This document shows positions 14,737 through 30,779 of a stretch of 64,000 nt of DNA, piece after piece; position 1 is the first letter of the stretch; every line of letters begins with the position of its first letter. The DNA comes from Eledone cirrhosa (lineage: Eukaryota). The DNA lies in assembly GCA_964016885.1 (NCBI GenBank), contig OZ024748.1:9052001-9116000 (forward strand), in the 5' to 3' direction. The notes beneath the pieces were generated by a model. That model saw only the letters and a list, made by a program, of their open reading frames with translations, ran no database searches and had not been told where the DNA came from. A program made the translations under genes and the position numbers.

Positions 14737-15504
14737 CAATACTAGGTCCGAAATATGTTATGTCACACACACTTGTATATGTATGAACATACACACACAC
14801 TACATATATACACACACACACAGTGTGTGTGTGTGCGTGTCCAGACAACGTTTCATGAATAAGAATTTTTACGATATTTAATATTTTCGAGGAAAACACA
14901 GAAAAAGAGGGATGTTTATATATAAATATATATCGGAATTATTTTGATAACTCAATAAATATGAGTGTGAGGTATATATTTCTCTTTAACATTGGAAGGG
15001 TGTTGTAGGTAGTAATTTCTAGTGAAATTGCTCGTTGATTATGCAGTAATTATACTGGAAATGATCAACAGTTCTGCAGAGAGAACCATTTACCATTTAC
15101 TTTCACTCTAAAGAGAATTTTAATTAGTATTTATTTTAGATAGAATTCCACTTCAAAAGCAAGATTTAAAGAGAGAGAGAAAGGACGAAGAGAAAGTAAG
15201 GACGACAGAAAGAGAAATACAAAGTTAGATAAATAGACAGAGAGAGAGGGGGAGAGAGAGAGGGGGGGGGGGATGAAAAAGAAAATGAATAAAGAAAACA
15301 AAACAAACAAAAAAGAGAAAGAAAGAAAGACTGAATGAATGAAAGACAGGAAGAAGGAAGGAATGAAAGGAAGAAAGGAAGAAGGAAAGAAGGAGGTGAA
15401 TTACAGAGACAAGAAAGACTCCCAGATTCTTCACTCCAATATTTAAACAACAATAAAAACAAATATAGAAAAAAAATGCGTGATTTTTTAAATTCTGTAA
15501 TTAT

Positions 15505-16405
<901 letters not shown>

Positions 16406-16478
16406 TTACATTGCCCATTGAGTGCGCTGAGATACAACCGGTACTGGCATTGATAAATATGCTGGGTCCGCCAACCCT

Positions 16479-16538
<60 letters not shown>

Positions 16539-17714
16539 CATACAACACATATATTCATACACGGAAAGTCTCGCTTTAAATATTGAGATGTAAAATTCTT
16601 GTTTAATATCACGACTGTGACTGTGTGGTGTGTGTGTGTGCTTGCGTGTGTGTGTGCTCGCGTGTGTGTGCATGTGTATGTAACTTTGCGTGTGTGAATG
16701 TATGGTGTGTGTGTGTGTGAATGTGTAATGTGTGTATGTGTGTGTGCGTGTGTGTGTGCTCGCGTGTGTGTGCATGTGTATGTAACTTTGCGTGTGTGAA
16801 TGTATGGTGTGTGTATGGTGTATGTATGTGTGTGTGTGTGAATGTGTAGTGTGTGTATGTGTATGTGTGTGTGTATGTGTGCATGTGTGTGTTCATGGGT
16901 CCAGTTAATTGAAATAGTGTGAAATGACAGGTTCTCTAATTATTGTTAAGTAGAGAGTTTGTGATGATGGTACCACTATAATATATATTACTAGTGATCT
17001 TAGGTTTGTATGAATACTAGTGTGTGTGTGTGTGTGTGTGTATGTGCGTATGTGTGTATAGGTAGGTGTGTGTGCGTGTGCGTGCGTGCGCGTGTGCGTG
17101 TGCGTGCGTGCGCGTGTGCGTGCGCGTGTGCGTGCGTGTGTGTGTGTGCGTGTGTGTATGTGTGTATAGGTAGGTGTGTGTGCGTGCGTGTGCGTGCGCG
17201 TGTGTGTGTATGTGTGTATAGGTAGGTGTGTGTGCGTGCTATGTGGTGTATGTATGTCTAGGTGTGTGTCTATGTATTAATGCTAGCTTGTGTATGTGTA
17301 GGTTTAGGTTAGTGTGTGTATATATATGTGTGAATGTCTAGCTGTGTGTGTATGTCTATAAATGTAATGCTGTGTGCCTTACTGTTAATCTGTGTATGTG
17401 TGTCTGTATGAATGCTATGCTGTTTATGTGTGTATATGTCTAGGTATGTGAGGTGTGTATGTCTGTATGGATGCTAGTTTGTGTATGTATGTGGGTGCAT
17501 ATGTATGCGTGAGTGTATGAATGGTATGATCTGTATATGTGTATGTGTGTGCATGAGTGTGTGTATGTGTGTGTGTGTGTGTGTGCATGCGCGTGTGTAC
17601 ATGTGTGCGTGTGCGTGTGTGTGTGTGCATGTATGTGTGCATGTGTGTGTCTGTGTGTCTGTGTACATGTGTGTGTGCATGTGCGTCTGCGCGTGTGCGT
17701 GTGCGTGTGCGTGT

Positions 17715-17750
<36 letters not shown>

Positions 17751-18195
17751 GTGTGCGTGTGTGTGCGTGTGTGTGCGTGTGTGCGTGTGACTGCAGTGGC
17801 ACAGCAAGCAGTAGATGGAGTTGACCATCTGAACTAGGTGAGAAAACAGCTTGCGGCGTCAGTCGACCTTAACAATAACAGATGAAGACATCTACCTGAA
17901 TGAGAGAGGGGGGCACAGAGATGGACAGAGAGAGATAAACAGAGAGAGAGAGAGAGAGAGAGGGACAGAGAGATAGAGGGACAGAAAGAGACAGAGTGAG
18001 AGGGACAGAGAGAGAGAGAGACATAGACAGAGAGAGAGGGGGGGGACAAAGAGAGAGAGAGGGAGGGACAGAAAGAGACAGAGTGAGAGGGACAGAGAGA
18101 GAGATATATACATAGAGAGATAGACAGAGAGAGCGAGAGGGAGACAGAGAGATAAAGGGACAGAGAGAGGCAGAGTGAGAGACAGAGACTGAGAC

Positions 18196-18237
<42 letters not shown>

Positions 18238-18677
18238 GAGAGAGAGAGTTGACTATTATATGAATGTCGGAGTAGAGAACCTCTCTGAAAAAGTGTCTTA
18301 AGGGTTCTAAACCAACGTATATGGTGTGAAAATATCAATCTGGCATTTCAAGAATTGCATGGAAATATCAACGATGCTGGCTACGATACGAGCCTCTGAT
18401 TTAACAGATTCTGTTGTCTATGTTCAGGAAGGAGGTTTAGAATTGGTTTGCCAAGTAGAGAAAGTATTCAGCTAAAGATCGAAGTATCCCCGGATTCAAT
18501 GTTTAGGTTACTATGTGTTACAATCGGTTGGTCAAGTGGATAAGTTATTCGGCTAATGGCCGAAGTAATCCTAGATTCTACCCTTTCGTTATGCTAAGCC
18601 TATAACCCAGACATGTGGCTCTCAATTGGTCCACAAACACACAGGCACACACACAGAGGCACACACACATGTATATA

Positions 18678-18778
18678 CAGGGTGTTCCCCCAAAATATAT
18701 ACACACTTTGGTTACCTCTACAGGCAATACTTATTAGAATGCTGTTGAAGTATATATACATTTTTTGAGGGGACAGTG
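18678..18778. mobile_element. Tc1/mariner-type MITE
   Basis: TA|cagggtgttcccccaaaa ... ttttttgaggggacagtg|TA, imperfect TIRs with TA on both sides. A second copy is inverted at 52792-52876. Confidence 0.7.
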
Positions 18779-18870
18779 TATATACATACATGTCAATACG
18801 GCCCCTGTACGACTCCACCAGGAATTAAAGGTCAAAGAGGAAGATAAAGACATTACATTTGATAAATACC

Positions 18871-19326
18871 AGACACTCCACCAGACAGACACTTCAACTA
18901 GACACACACTCAACTAGACACACACTCAACTAGACACACACTCAACTAGACACACACTCAACTAGACACACACTCAACTAGACATACACTCAACTAGACA
19001 TACACTCAACTAGACATACACTCAATTAGACATACACTCAATTAGACACACACTCAACTAGACAGACACTCAACTAGACAGACACTCCACCAGACACACA
19101 CTCCACCAGACACACACTCCACTAGACACACACTCCACTAGACACACACTCAACTAGACATACACTCAACTAGACACACACTCAACTAGACACACACTCA
19201 ACTAGACATACACTCAAGTAGACATACACTCAACTAGACATACACTCAACTAGACATACACTCCACTAGACACACACTCAACTAGACACACACTCAACTA
19301 GACATACACTCAACTAGACACACACT
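18871..19326. repeat. 16-bp minisatellite
   Basis: (ctagacacacactcaa)n, about 27 copies. Confidence 0.97.
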
Positions 19327-20072
19327 GTACACAGCATTATGTTCTCTGTTTTCCTTGCACTAGTTTCATTAAAGATAACTTATATTTTGTTTGTCTAATC
19401 ATCAATGTTTAGCCTGGACACAGCAATGTTGTCTGGTAAATAAACCTTCTTGCTTGTGTGTACAACTCTATGTTGTTGTTGTTGTTGTTGTCTAATAAAC
19501 TAATTCCTCCTTCAGAAGAATATTATTAGGTACGAGTAAATAATGACCTCATTGAAAAATAATATTCACTTTGAGGGCAGCGGCCATTCATCTGTAGCTT
19601 TCGTTTAACGCATTATCTCAGTAGATTATACAAATATTTCTACTTGCCGGTCTATTTAGCAATATCATTGCCAGACATTCAAGTATTGATTTTTTACTCT
19701 GAGCTGCTCTAGCAATATTTTAGCAAAGTTAACAGAGATACGTCGTATCTGGAATGACAATAAGGTTCACACTTTGGTTGATGGGGGATTCTTCCGAAAA
19801 CCAAAGAAAAATCAAAAACAACTGACACAAAATGTTTTCTCTGTGAAAGGTGACTTTTCCGGTCTTTTCCGGTCTTGTCCGCAGAGCACAGCCCCAACAC
19901 CCCCCCTGTCCTAGACCTTCCCTTCCCATTCTTCTGTGACTCCAGAGCCATTGTCCTTCCCTTCATTTTCCGCCTTTAAACATCTGTAGTGTTGTCGTTA
20001 TATGAAACAGATTTGTTTATCGTTTTTATTTTCATTAATAAAACGTTTTATACAAAAACCTGTATGTCTGTC

Positions 20073-20243
<171 letters not shown>

Positions 20244-20460
20244 TAATATGCGTAGTGTTTTCATACTTTCATGTATTTTATTGTGAACATTTGCTTATGT
20301 GTTGTTCTTTTTCCTTTTGAATTTCTTTGGGTGTAACCTGCAAGAGTTTTATTATTTAGGCCAGTTAAACAAAGCAAGTTCTATGAGCCAGCAAAGGGTC
20401 ATATATATAATAGCTAGACCTACTACAATTAGCAGCCAATTCTCCCTCAAATAATATTTT

Positions 20461-20630
20461 ATTCCCTTGAAGTGAAGAGCCACATGTCTTGGTTATAGAC
20501 ATAGCATGACGACAAGAGGTCAGCCGTCGGGGTCCCGACTCTTTATAACATAACCATACTCTACTACCCCAAGTATTGAGTACTCTGTTGGGTAATGGCC
20601 TAACTAGTTTCAAACTGAATCCATCCTTAT
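20461..20630 (+). mobile_element. Diverged member of PLE-terminus family H2
   Basis: cagccgtcgggg...actctactaccccaagtattgagtact matches 62065-62124 and runs into (TA)n. Confidence 0.6.
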
Positions 20631-20643
20631 ATATATAGATGTA

Positions 20644-20968
<325 letters not shown>

Positions 20969-20998
20969 TTATATATATATATATATATATATATATAA

Positions 20999-21040
<42 letters not shown>

Positions 21041-21041
21041 T

Positions 21042-21090
<49 letters not shown>

Positions 21091-21091
21091 C

Positions 21092-21128
<37 letters not shown>

Positions 21129-21615
21129 CGTGTGTGTGTGTGTGATAAGAAAATGCGAAGTAGTCCTTTATTGATAAGGCTGTGATACATATTTCAATGA
21201 CAACAGTGGTCACGTGATTCTGCCTAACCAGTGCCATGATCTCATCAGACAGCTTCTTACTTAATGAGGTTACATTCTCGAGGCAATCCAAATTAAAACA
21301 AGGGAACGGACAAAGATGATGTTCTTGAACCCGTCAGCCGTTCCCTTGTGAACCCTAATATAAATACACACATTAATGACCACAAATATTTATATCGCCC
21401 CACCCATATATAAATATATATATATATATGGGTGGGGCAATATATATATATATATATAACCACCCACACCCGGATATGTCTCCGCAAACAGTAATTCTCT
21501 TCTCGAATGGGCCATGGTGCCCAAATCCTGAATTGAAAGACTTCGCCAGGTGGTGCTATTAAGTTAGACATGGCCTGGGCCAATACTGGCCAAAACATTT
21601 CAAAGTTATTCAAAG

Positions 21616-21677
<62 letters not shown>

Positions 21678-22016
21678 GTGGAGCGATATAAATATTTGTG
21701 TTTATTAGTGTGTGTATTTATATATTTATCGTGTTTGATGACTTTCACAACCATATCGAAAGTGGAAATTTGATTCCATCTAAGATTCTATGAAAGCGAT
21801 GTTAACAAGCCGGACAAGGTAATACAATAAATCATTAATAGGGGAAAGGTTCTTGGTTCTTAATATCTTGTTTGCCCTTTCCTCCTTCGATATTCTAAAC
21901 TTCAGTTATTTCTCTACAACGATTCTAGGAAAACTTGTAGAGGAAATGGTGTTGCAAACCAAGCTGGTCTCTTTATTACAAACGACTGAGAAATAGATTT
22001 TTCTGAGAATATGCCA

Positions 22017-22051
<35 letters not shown>

Positions 22052-22057
<6 letters not shown>

Positions 22058-22330
22058 ATATTAATAAATGGAAACTATATTTATAAAACCATATTTATTT
22101 TATTTTACATATTTCAAGGGCCACCAAGGCCTGTATTTTATCTGATGAAAGTGCACCATAATTTGCCTTGGTGGCCCTTGAAATATGTATAATAAAATAA
22201 ATATGGTTTTATAAATATAGTTTCCATTTATTAATATATCGTGTATTTCCTCCACTAAACTGTTGAGTGCTTTATATCAGTTATAAATATTTTTAAGCTT
22301 GTTGAATCCCAACAAATTAAATATAACCTC

Positions 22331-22334
<4 letters not shown>
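22052..22334 (+). mobile_element. Short fold-back PLE-terminus element (family H1) with hammerhead
   Basis: Arms ~22056-22130 / 22165-22239, tail 22240-22334 (cctccactaaactgttgagtgcttt...), (TA)n on both sides. Confidence 0.85.
22134..22199 (+). ncRNA. Type I hammerhead ribozyme motif
   Basis: tattttat-CTGATGA-aagtgcacca...tggtggccctt-GAAA-tatgta-TA-ataaaata. Perfect 8-bp stem I and near-palindromic stem III. Confidence 0.8.
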
Positions 22335-22375
<41 letters not shown>

Positions 22376-22499
22376 TTATATATTTATTAAAATAACAGAT
22401 TAAAGTTTAAGCAAAGAATCGCTGGTTTATTATTATTATTATTAATATATATATATGTTTATATATATATATATATGTTTATATATATATATATATGTT

Positions 22500-22534
<35 letters not shown>

Positions 22535-22804
22535 TATGCCAGTATATGTAGATGTATGTATGTGTGAACGTGTCTGTATGTGTATGGGTTAGGCTGGACA
22601 AACATCTGTTTGCCTTTACGTCTGTGAGTGTGTTTTGGTGAGTGTTTGTGTGAGTGTTTGTGTGAGTGTTTGTGTGAGTGTGAGTGCATGGTTATGTGTA
22701 TGTTTGAGTATACGTATATATATATATATATATATATCTTCCTTTCTGACTTTCTCTGTGTGTGAGTGTGTGTGTGTGTGTGCATGGTTTGAGTATAAGT
22801 ATCA

Positions 22805-22835
<31 letters not shown>

Positions 22836-22921
22836 TCTATCTATATATATTTCTCTGTCTGTTACTATGTGTCTGTGTGCGTGTGTTTGTTGCTCTCCCT
22901 TTGTGTGTGTGTGTGTATGTG

Positions 22922-22961
<40 letters not shown>

Positions 22962-23020
22962 TGTGTGTATGTGTGCGTGTGCGTGTGCGTGTGTGTGTGT
23001 GTGCGTGTGTGTGTGTGTGT

Positions 23021-23559
<539 letters not shown>

Positions 23560-23869
23560 CTTCAAACCTCTACACAGAGGATTACTTTAGAAGATTAACG
23601 TCTCCTTCATAAATCCATCACCACCACCACCCCTCTCTATCTCTCTCTATCTATCTCTCCCTCTCTCCCTCTCCCTCATCTCCTCCACCTGCTGCCTTTT
23701 CTGAAAACCTTATCTTCTCTATGGATACAAACATATATCGATCTATTGGTGGCCAGCTACCTCAGTAGATACTACTGCCAGTACGGCCTGGTGAACACTT
23801 AAATCTTGACCCTTCTAGCTCTATTTCACCTTTCCTTTTGTCCTGTATTCCATTTAAACAAGCTTCGTT

Positions 23870-24675
23870 ACAGCAACAACTACCACCACAACTACCACTA
23901 CACCCACAGCTACAACTACCACCACAACTACCACCACAACCACAGCAACAACTACCACCACCACCACAGCTACAACTACCACCACAACTACCACCACAAC
24001 CACAGCTACAACTACCACCACCACAGCTACAACTACCACCACAACTACCACCACAACCACAGCTACAACTACCACTACACCCACAGCTACAACTACCACC
24101 ACAACTACCACCACCACCACAACTACAACTACCACCACAACCACAGCTACAACTACTACTACACCCACAGCTACAACTACCACCACAACTACCACAACAA
24201 CCACAGCTACAACTACCTCTACAACTACCACCACCACCACAGCTACAACTACCACCACCACCACAGCTACAACTACCACCACAACTACCTCCACAACCAC
24301 AGCTACAACTAGCACCACAACCACAGCTACAACTACCACCACAACCACAACTACCACCACCACAACCACAACTACCACCCCCACAACCACAGCTGCAACT
24401 ACCACCACAACCACAACTACAACCACACCTACCACCACAACTACCACACACAACTACAACCTCAACAACCACAACCACAGCCACAACCACAGCCACAACT
24501 ACAACCACCACCACAACCACAACTACAACCACCACAACTACCACCACAACCACAACTACAACCACAACCACAACTACAACCACACCTACCACCACAACTA
24601 CCACACACAACTACAACCTCAACAACCACAACCACAGCTACAACCACAGCCACAACTACAACCACCACCACAACC
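23870..24675. repeat. Complex CCA/CAA/CTA/CAG trinucleotide satellite
   Basis: Higher-order units such as ccacagctacaactaccaccacaacta. Confidence 0.95.
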
Positions 24676-24769
24676 TTGAGATATTTCCGCCATTCCTTGA
24701 AATAATTCTAGACTCCTCGCCAATCGATTTTATTTCTGTTGGTTCTTCCTCAGAACACTGTCCATGGTG

Positions 24770-24864
24770 GTCGGGCCGTAGCTACTCCCGCCTGTGACAG
24801 AGACTAAAGAACACAGTCTGTGACGGTCGGGTCGTAGCTACTCCCGCCTGTGACAGAGACTAAA
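24770..24864. repeat. ~39-bp direct repeat pair
   Basis: ggtcggg(c/t)cgtagctactcccgcctgtgacagagactaaa occurs twice. Confidence 0.85.
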
Positions 24865-25721
24865 ACCTAACACATCTATTTCATTAACACAGACTAAACT
24901 AACAATACCAGTGGTATTATACGTTCATACATTAACACAACAAATAGCACTTCGCTGGTTACGGCGATGAGTGTTCAGTTGATACGATCAAGGAAACAAC
25001 GTCCTCGTGAAATTAACGTGTAAGTGGTTGAGTATTTCACAGACACGTGTACCCCTAATCTTAGTTTGTTAAAGAAGACACTGAGTACTGTTGTCCTTGA
25101 TGCACTAATTAAGATTTTAAAAAACAGAACAGGAATCAGAAGTGGGATTCTTTGATCTTCGATCTGTTCAATCAGAACTGACCTCAGGCTTAACAATAAT
25201 CCAGTCGGAGCCAATGTTGCCTTCACATTTTTTCATGGGTCGATGAAATAACTGCCAATCAACTATTATAAATTGATCTAATCGATTGCTCCTTCTCCTA
25301 AAATGTGTGACCTTCGGTTAATATTAGAAATCAATATTTTCGTTATGAGAAGCAAGGTGAAAGGTCAGTGAATGCCAGAAATGTTATCACGAAGGATTTA
25401 CTGCCAAACAATATTTTGTTTCGTTCCTTTGTTTTAATTTCAAATCCCAGTGAGGTATTTTATCCTGAAGGTCAATTTTTAACAAAAGATGGAATCATGA
25501 TAGAGTTGACTATATACCTTCCCTAAAAATGCGTGTTCGTCTGTCAATAATCAATAAAACGAAAACCAATTCGAGGTAAAGGGTGATTGAATATTGATCA
25601 TACGATTAGAAATTGAGATCTGCGTGAAATCACAGCTGGGCAGACGACACTACACTGCCAATCAAAGTTAAATACCAGTCAAATACTCGACTCGATATGA
25701 TTCTGCCTTTCGTCAAACACA

Positions 25722-25770
<49 letters not shown>

Positions 25771-25953
25771 CTTTGAGATCTTAACTGTTGTGTCACACGG
25801 TGTTTCTGTGTCATTGAAGTGTGGTGGAGTGCATCCTGTTCCAGGTTTGACCTTAACCAATGTATGAACTCAAAGTTGAAACCAGAGTCGGAATCAATAG
25901 CGAAATATATGTATATAAATATTCACACACATACACACACATATATATATATT

Positions 25954-25984
<31 letters not shown>

Positions 25985-26004
25985 AAATATATATATATAT
26001 ATTT

Positions 26005-26156
<152 letters not shown>

Positions 26157-26879
26157 ATATATTTATTTATTTATTTGTTTGTATATAAACAGTAGTATTT
26201 CACTATTTTCTTTGGTAAGATGAGAGAAGCTCAATATATAATTTTGAATTATATATACATTTATATATATATGAAGTAATAAATAAACTGCCTATAGATG
26301 TGAATAGAACGATGTGTATATATATATGTGTGCGTGATGCTATAGAGTGTATTTCTGCGTGACCGGGTATATATAGTGGTGTATATAGAAAGAAAATATC
26401 CATCTAGTGGTTTTATTACTATGAAATAATTATTAAACACAACACGGCATCTGTTAAGACCTTTCACGTTTTATTTCCCATAATGCTTTGTTCCACTTGA
26501 CTGACTTCCTTCACTACATCCTCATTGCCCCCCCCCCCTACCCCTCTCAGTCTCTTTGTCTCTCTCTATGTGATAACCAAACCTCTCTAATTTCTCACCT
26601 CTCTCTATTTTTATACCCTTTCTTCCACTATCTTCTCTCCTCTTCTCTCTCTCTCACACACAATCTCACTATTCTCTCTCTCTCTCTCTCTGTTTAACTA
26701 TACTTTCTCTTAACTCTTCTCTCCAATCCCTCTCTCTATATATATATACTCTCTTCACTCTATCTCACCCTATCCCCTCCCCCTCTATATTTATTCCACC
26801 ATTATTTCTCCCCATCCCTCCCTCTACTTCACTTCTGTATTCTCTACGCTACGTGAATATGAATCACTACACAAACACA

Positions 26880-27455
26880 CTCACACCACCACCTCTTACA
26901 CCAACAACACCACTCAACACCACCAACACCATCACCACACCACCACCAACAACAACAGCAGCACCATCACCACACCACCACTAACACCACTCAACACCAC
27001 ACCACCAACACCATCACTCACAACACCAACAACACGACCACCATCAACGTCATCAACAACACCAACGCCGCCATCACCACACCACCACACATCACCACCA
27101 CTCACAACGCCAACTCACATCACCACCAACATCACCACCATCATCATCATCACACCATCACCAACACTGAAACCACCACCACCAACAACAACAACAACAC
27201 CACCACCAACTCACATCACCACCAACATCATCACACCATCACCAACACTGAAACCACCGCCAACAACAACAACAACAACAACACCACCACCACCACCACC
27301 ACCAGCACCACCAACAACACCACCAACACCAACAACACCACCACCCACAACAACACCACCACCACCACCAACACCACCACCAACACCAACGCCAACAACA
27401 ACAACAACACCAACAACAACACCACCAACACCACCACCACCAACACCAACAACAC
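26880..27455. repeat. (CAC/CAA/CAT)n low-complexity tract
   Basis: Direct inspection. Confidence 0.95.
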
Positions 27456-27659
27456 TTGTGGAGTAATTCATTTTCCTCATAAACTACTTTAATGGAATTT
27501 TAAATATTTTTCATGAAAATATTAATCAGATTCTTTGTGAATGTTCGATTCCAGGGAATAACCCGACCCCAAGGAATAACCCTAACCCAGGGAATAACTC
27601 GACGCCGAGGAATAAACACTTCTTTCCCTCACACCAAATAATGTTTACTGTTCTTCATT

Positions 27660-27842
27660 ATTGGCAGTATCGGTAGAGGGTCGGACGCCATGCTTTGACG
27701 CATAGAGTTACGGCCCTTGCCATTCTGTGTTCAAATCCCGCCGAGGTTAACTTTGCCTTTCATCCTTACGGGGTCGATAAAATAAAGTACCAATAATGTA
27801 CTGGGTTAATTGATGGCCTTGTGCCAAAAGTAGAAACAATTA
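27660..27842 (+). mobile_element. tRNA-derived SINE, family A (central domain resembles the Meta domain)
   Basis: A-box-like tggcagtatcggtag, B-box-like gttcaaatcc, then gcctttcatccttacggggtcgataaaataaagtacca. Many copies occur in the window. The domain name is from memory and needs a library search. Confidence 0.75.
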
Positions 27843-28279
27843 TTTACTTTCATATTTGTTGTATTATTAAATGTGGAGAGAGAAGGAGAGAGAAGGAGAG
27901 AGAGAGAAGGAGAGAGAGAGAAGGAGAGAGAAGGAGAGAGAGAGAAAGAGGGAGAAAGAGAGAGAGAAAGAGAGAGAGAGAAAGAGAGAGAAGGAGAGTG
28001 AAGGAGAGAGGAAGAGATATGTTTTCCTAACGTATATTTTATTTCCTATTTACAACATATATTGCTTTCATAATGTTTTTATTGTTGCTATTGTTATCGT
28101 TTTTATTGTTGTTGATAGCGTTTTTATTGTTATTTGTGTTGTTGCTATTGTTGGTGGTGTTATTGTTGTGAATGTTGCTGTTGCTGTTATGGTTGTTATT
28201 ATAGTCGATATTGTTGTTGCTGCTGCAATTGTTGCTGTTATTGTTGCTATAGCGACGTTACAACTTATTTCTACAACTG

Positions 28280-28390
28280 GAGCAACGTAAAATAAAGTGT
28301 CTTGCTCAAGGACACAAACTATCGCCCACTTCGGAAACCGAACTCACAGCCTCATGATTGCTAAACCAACTCTCTAAACACCAAACCACG
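28280..28390 (-). mobile_element. tRNA-derived SINE fragment, family B (CORE-like)
   Basis: ggagcaacgtaaaataaagtgtcttgctcaaggacac matches 35094-35130. Confidence 0.7.
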
Positions 28391-28993
28391 TTATCAATTC
28401 AACAGTTTACTGAACCTTACAAAACTTGGAGGAATATTACAACGGTGTAATATTATCGTAGAGATGTAAGTAATGTTTACTATGGCGTCACAAGATGATA
28501 AACTAAATATGTTAAAATCTAACTTCTACGTGATATCACTAGGAGGATACAACATGATTAAGGCGTTATATTAATGTTGAGACAATGTCAGTATGGCACT
28601 AGGGTGGGGCTAACATCTTAGGGGGCTACAAACAAATATTACAAAAAAAAATATATATAAAATATGGCTGCCAACTGTAAACATTCTTTGATTAATATTT
28701 CTGTTCTGGTGGGAAAGGAGGATATTTTTTTCCTACAGACTTTTTTAAAATACTTCTTTTGGAATATTCCTGATGATTTACAATACAATATTACGGTAAA
28801 TATTGTTTGTTGTGGCAGCTTCAAGCTAGAATATGTTGTTTTCATTTAATAATTTCTAAACCCTGACGAGATTCTCTTTTTCTTTTATCTCTCTCTCTCT
28901 CTCTTGTTAGGAGGCAACTACCTTCAATAATATTTGTTTTTCTTCATAGACAAATTTGTTAAGTTTGGAACTAATAGATAAGTACAGACACAC

Positions 28994-29060
<67 letters not shown>

Positions 29061-29118
29061 TTGCTCAACGAAGCCGGAGTCATTCTAACCCACCGACCCC
29101 AAAGCATCGTCGTGCTGA

Positions 29119-29157
<39 letters not shown>

Positions 29158-29285
29158 AAAGTTTTATTTAAAATTGTTGGGTTACAACGAGTAGATATTT
29201 TATAACTGATATAAAAGCACTCAACAGGTTTTGGAGTAGGTTTACGATATTAAACAAATGGAAACTATATTTATAAAACCATATT

Positions 29286-29351
29286 TATTTCATTATATAT
29301 ATTTCAGGGATATCATATTAAAAATATGGTATGCCTTCCTCAGACAAAATA
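29286..29351 (-). ncRNA. Type I hammerhead ribozyme motif (mirror copy)
   Basis: Reverse complement of 29499-29564. Confidence 0.78.
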
Positions 29352-29498
29352 CAATATATAAACCGTTTTATAAATAAATTTGACATACCTTAAAACAGTG
29401 CAACTTCCATTTAAAAAGTTGATTTGGTAGTTGATTTAAATGGAAGTTGCACTGTTTTAAGGTATGTCAAATTTATTTATAAAACGGTTTATATATTG

Positions 29499-29564
29499 TA
29501 TTTTGTCTGAGGAAGGCATACCATATTTTTAATATGATATCCCTGAAATATATATAATGAAATA
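29499..29564 (+). ncRNA. Type I hammerhead ribozyme motif
   Basis: tattttgt-CTGAGGA-aggcataccatat...atatgatatccct-GAAA-tatata-TA-atgaaata, with palindromic stem III. Confidence 0.78.
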
Positions 29565-29630
29565 AATATGGTTTTATAAATATAGTTTCCATTTGTTTAA
29601 TATCGTATATATATATATATATATATATAT

Positions 29631-29802
29631 ATGCAAAAGTTCTATTTAAATTGTTGGGATACAATAAGCAAATATTTTTATAACTGATATAAAGCACTCA
29701 ACAAGTATTTGGAGTAAACATACGATATTAACTTGGTGTCCTTGAAATATGTATAATGAAATAAATATTGTTTTATAAATATAGTTTCCATTTGTTAATA
29801 TC

Positions 29803-29805
<3 letters not shown>
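29631..29805 (-). mobile_element. Second family H1 insertion in the same TA array
   Basis: Minus-strand tail (~29631-29732) is joined to a plus-strand piece that begins inside hammerhead stem II (ttggtgtccttGAAAtatgtaTAatgaaata) and ends at ttaatatcgta|(TA)n. Confidence 0.82.
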
Positions 29806-29837
<32 letters not shown>

Positions 29838-30069
29838 GAAAAGTTAGAGCTTATACAACATCCTTGTTTCATAGATTCAATAGAAAACTCTGTGACATAA
29901 TTGTGACATAATTGTGAACATACTCTCCAATATTAACAAGAGTGGCTACATCAGGCTCCATTATCTCCACAGGTTACTTTCTACGAAGGTTTGGGCATTT
30001 TAGTAAAAATCAACGACGAAGTTTTCATCGAGGTATCCAAACAGTGCAAGAAGTGTACCAAGGAAATAT

Positions 30070-30330
30070 ATGACAGATTACTACTGGAAACTTCAGTAGG
30101 ACTGGTTTGGTTTTATAAATCACACTCTAGAACGTCCTTTAAAAGATAGATACCAGGAAAATTGGGATACATATATTGATGACATATTACTACTGGAACC
30201 CTCAGGAGGACTGGCTTGGTAAATAATATCTTAGAAAGTCAAAGAAAGTGGAATATATATATATCGATGACAGATCTCTGCAACCCTCAGACGGACTGAC
30301 TGGTCTGGTAAATAACTCTTTAGAAAATCC
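30070..30330. repeat. Three degenerate ~90-110 bp direct repeats
   Basis: gacagattactactggaaacttcagtaggactggtttggt-like motif at ~30072, ~30181 and ~30269. Confidence 0.65.
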
Positions 30331-30737
30331 TTTCAAATTTGTTTCTTAAATATTTAACGACTGATCAATTTATATGGTTTATGTTTATATTTACAGTTAC
30401 TATAGATTTTAATGTATTGAACTTTTCACCTAGAATAAACTGATTATATTTATATAGCATGTAATATTATAATATCATATATATTGTTATAGTATCAAAA
30501 TAACAAATCATTAATTAATTAGAACTGATATGGCACAACTGATGTCATATGGAGTGGGGGGGGGGGGTCACTGACCTAAATATACCCTAAAATGGGTCTA
30601 ATGTGTAATGTTATTTAACAAATACACATATAGACCTACCTACGTGCACCGTTACAGAGAGAGAAAGCGAAAGAAAGAGAAAGAGAGACAGACAGACGGA
30701 GAGAGGGGAGAAAAGAAAGAGAGAGAGAAAGAGAAAG

Positions 30738-30779
<42 letters not shown>

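Larger units (their letters stand above)
29153..29607 (-). mobile_element. Family H1 fold-back element with 173-bp arms and a hammerhead in each arm
   Basis: Arms 29243-29415 / 29435-29607 with a 19-nt loop. The tail 29153-29242 is on the minus-strand arm only. (TA)n on both sides. Confidence 0.9.

Noticed and set aside
17790-17900. Unique island between TG and GA tracts with a minus-strand acceptor-like cattcag
   Set aside because: All three frames stop quickly and there is no convincing donor; no evidence for an exon.
21730-21782. Hammerhead-like TTGATGA-ctttc...gaaag-tg-GAAA-tttgat-TC
   Set aside because: Core C3 is mutated, stem I is weak and stem III is unpaired; cannot be supported.
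23762-24797. Pro/Gln-rich 319-aa and Cys/Gly-rich 282-aa ORFs resembling structural or metallothionein-like proteins
   Set aside because: Trinucleotide satellite open in several frames on both strands, with no supported start or splice context.
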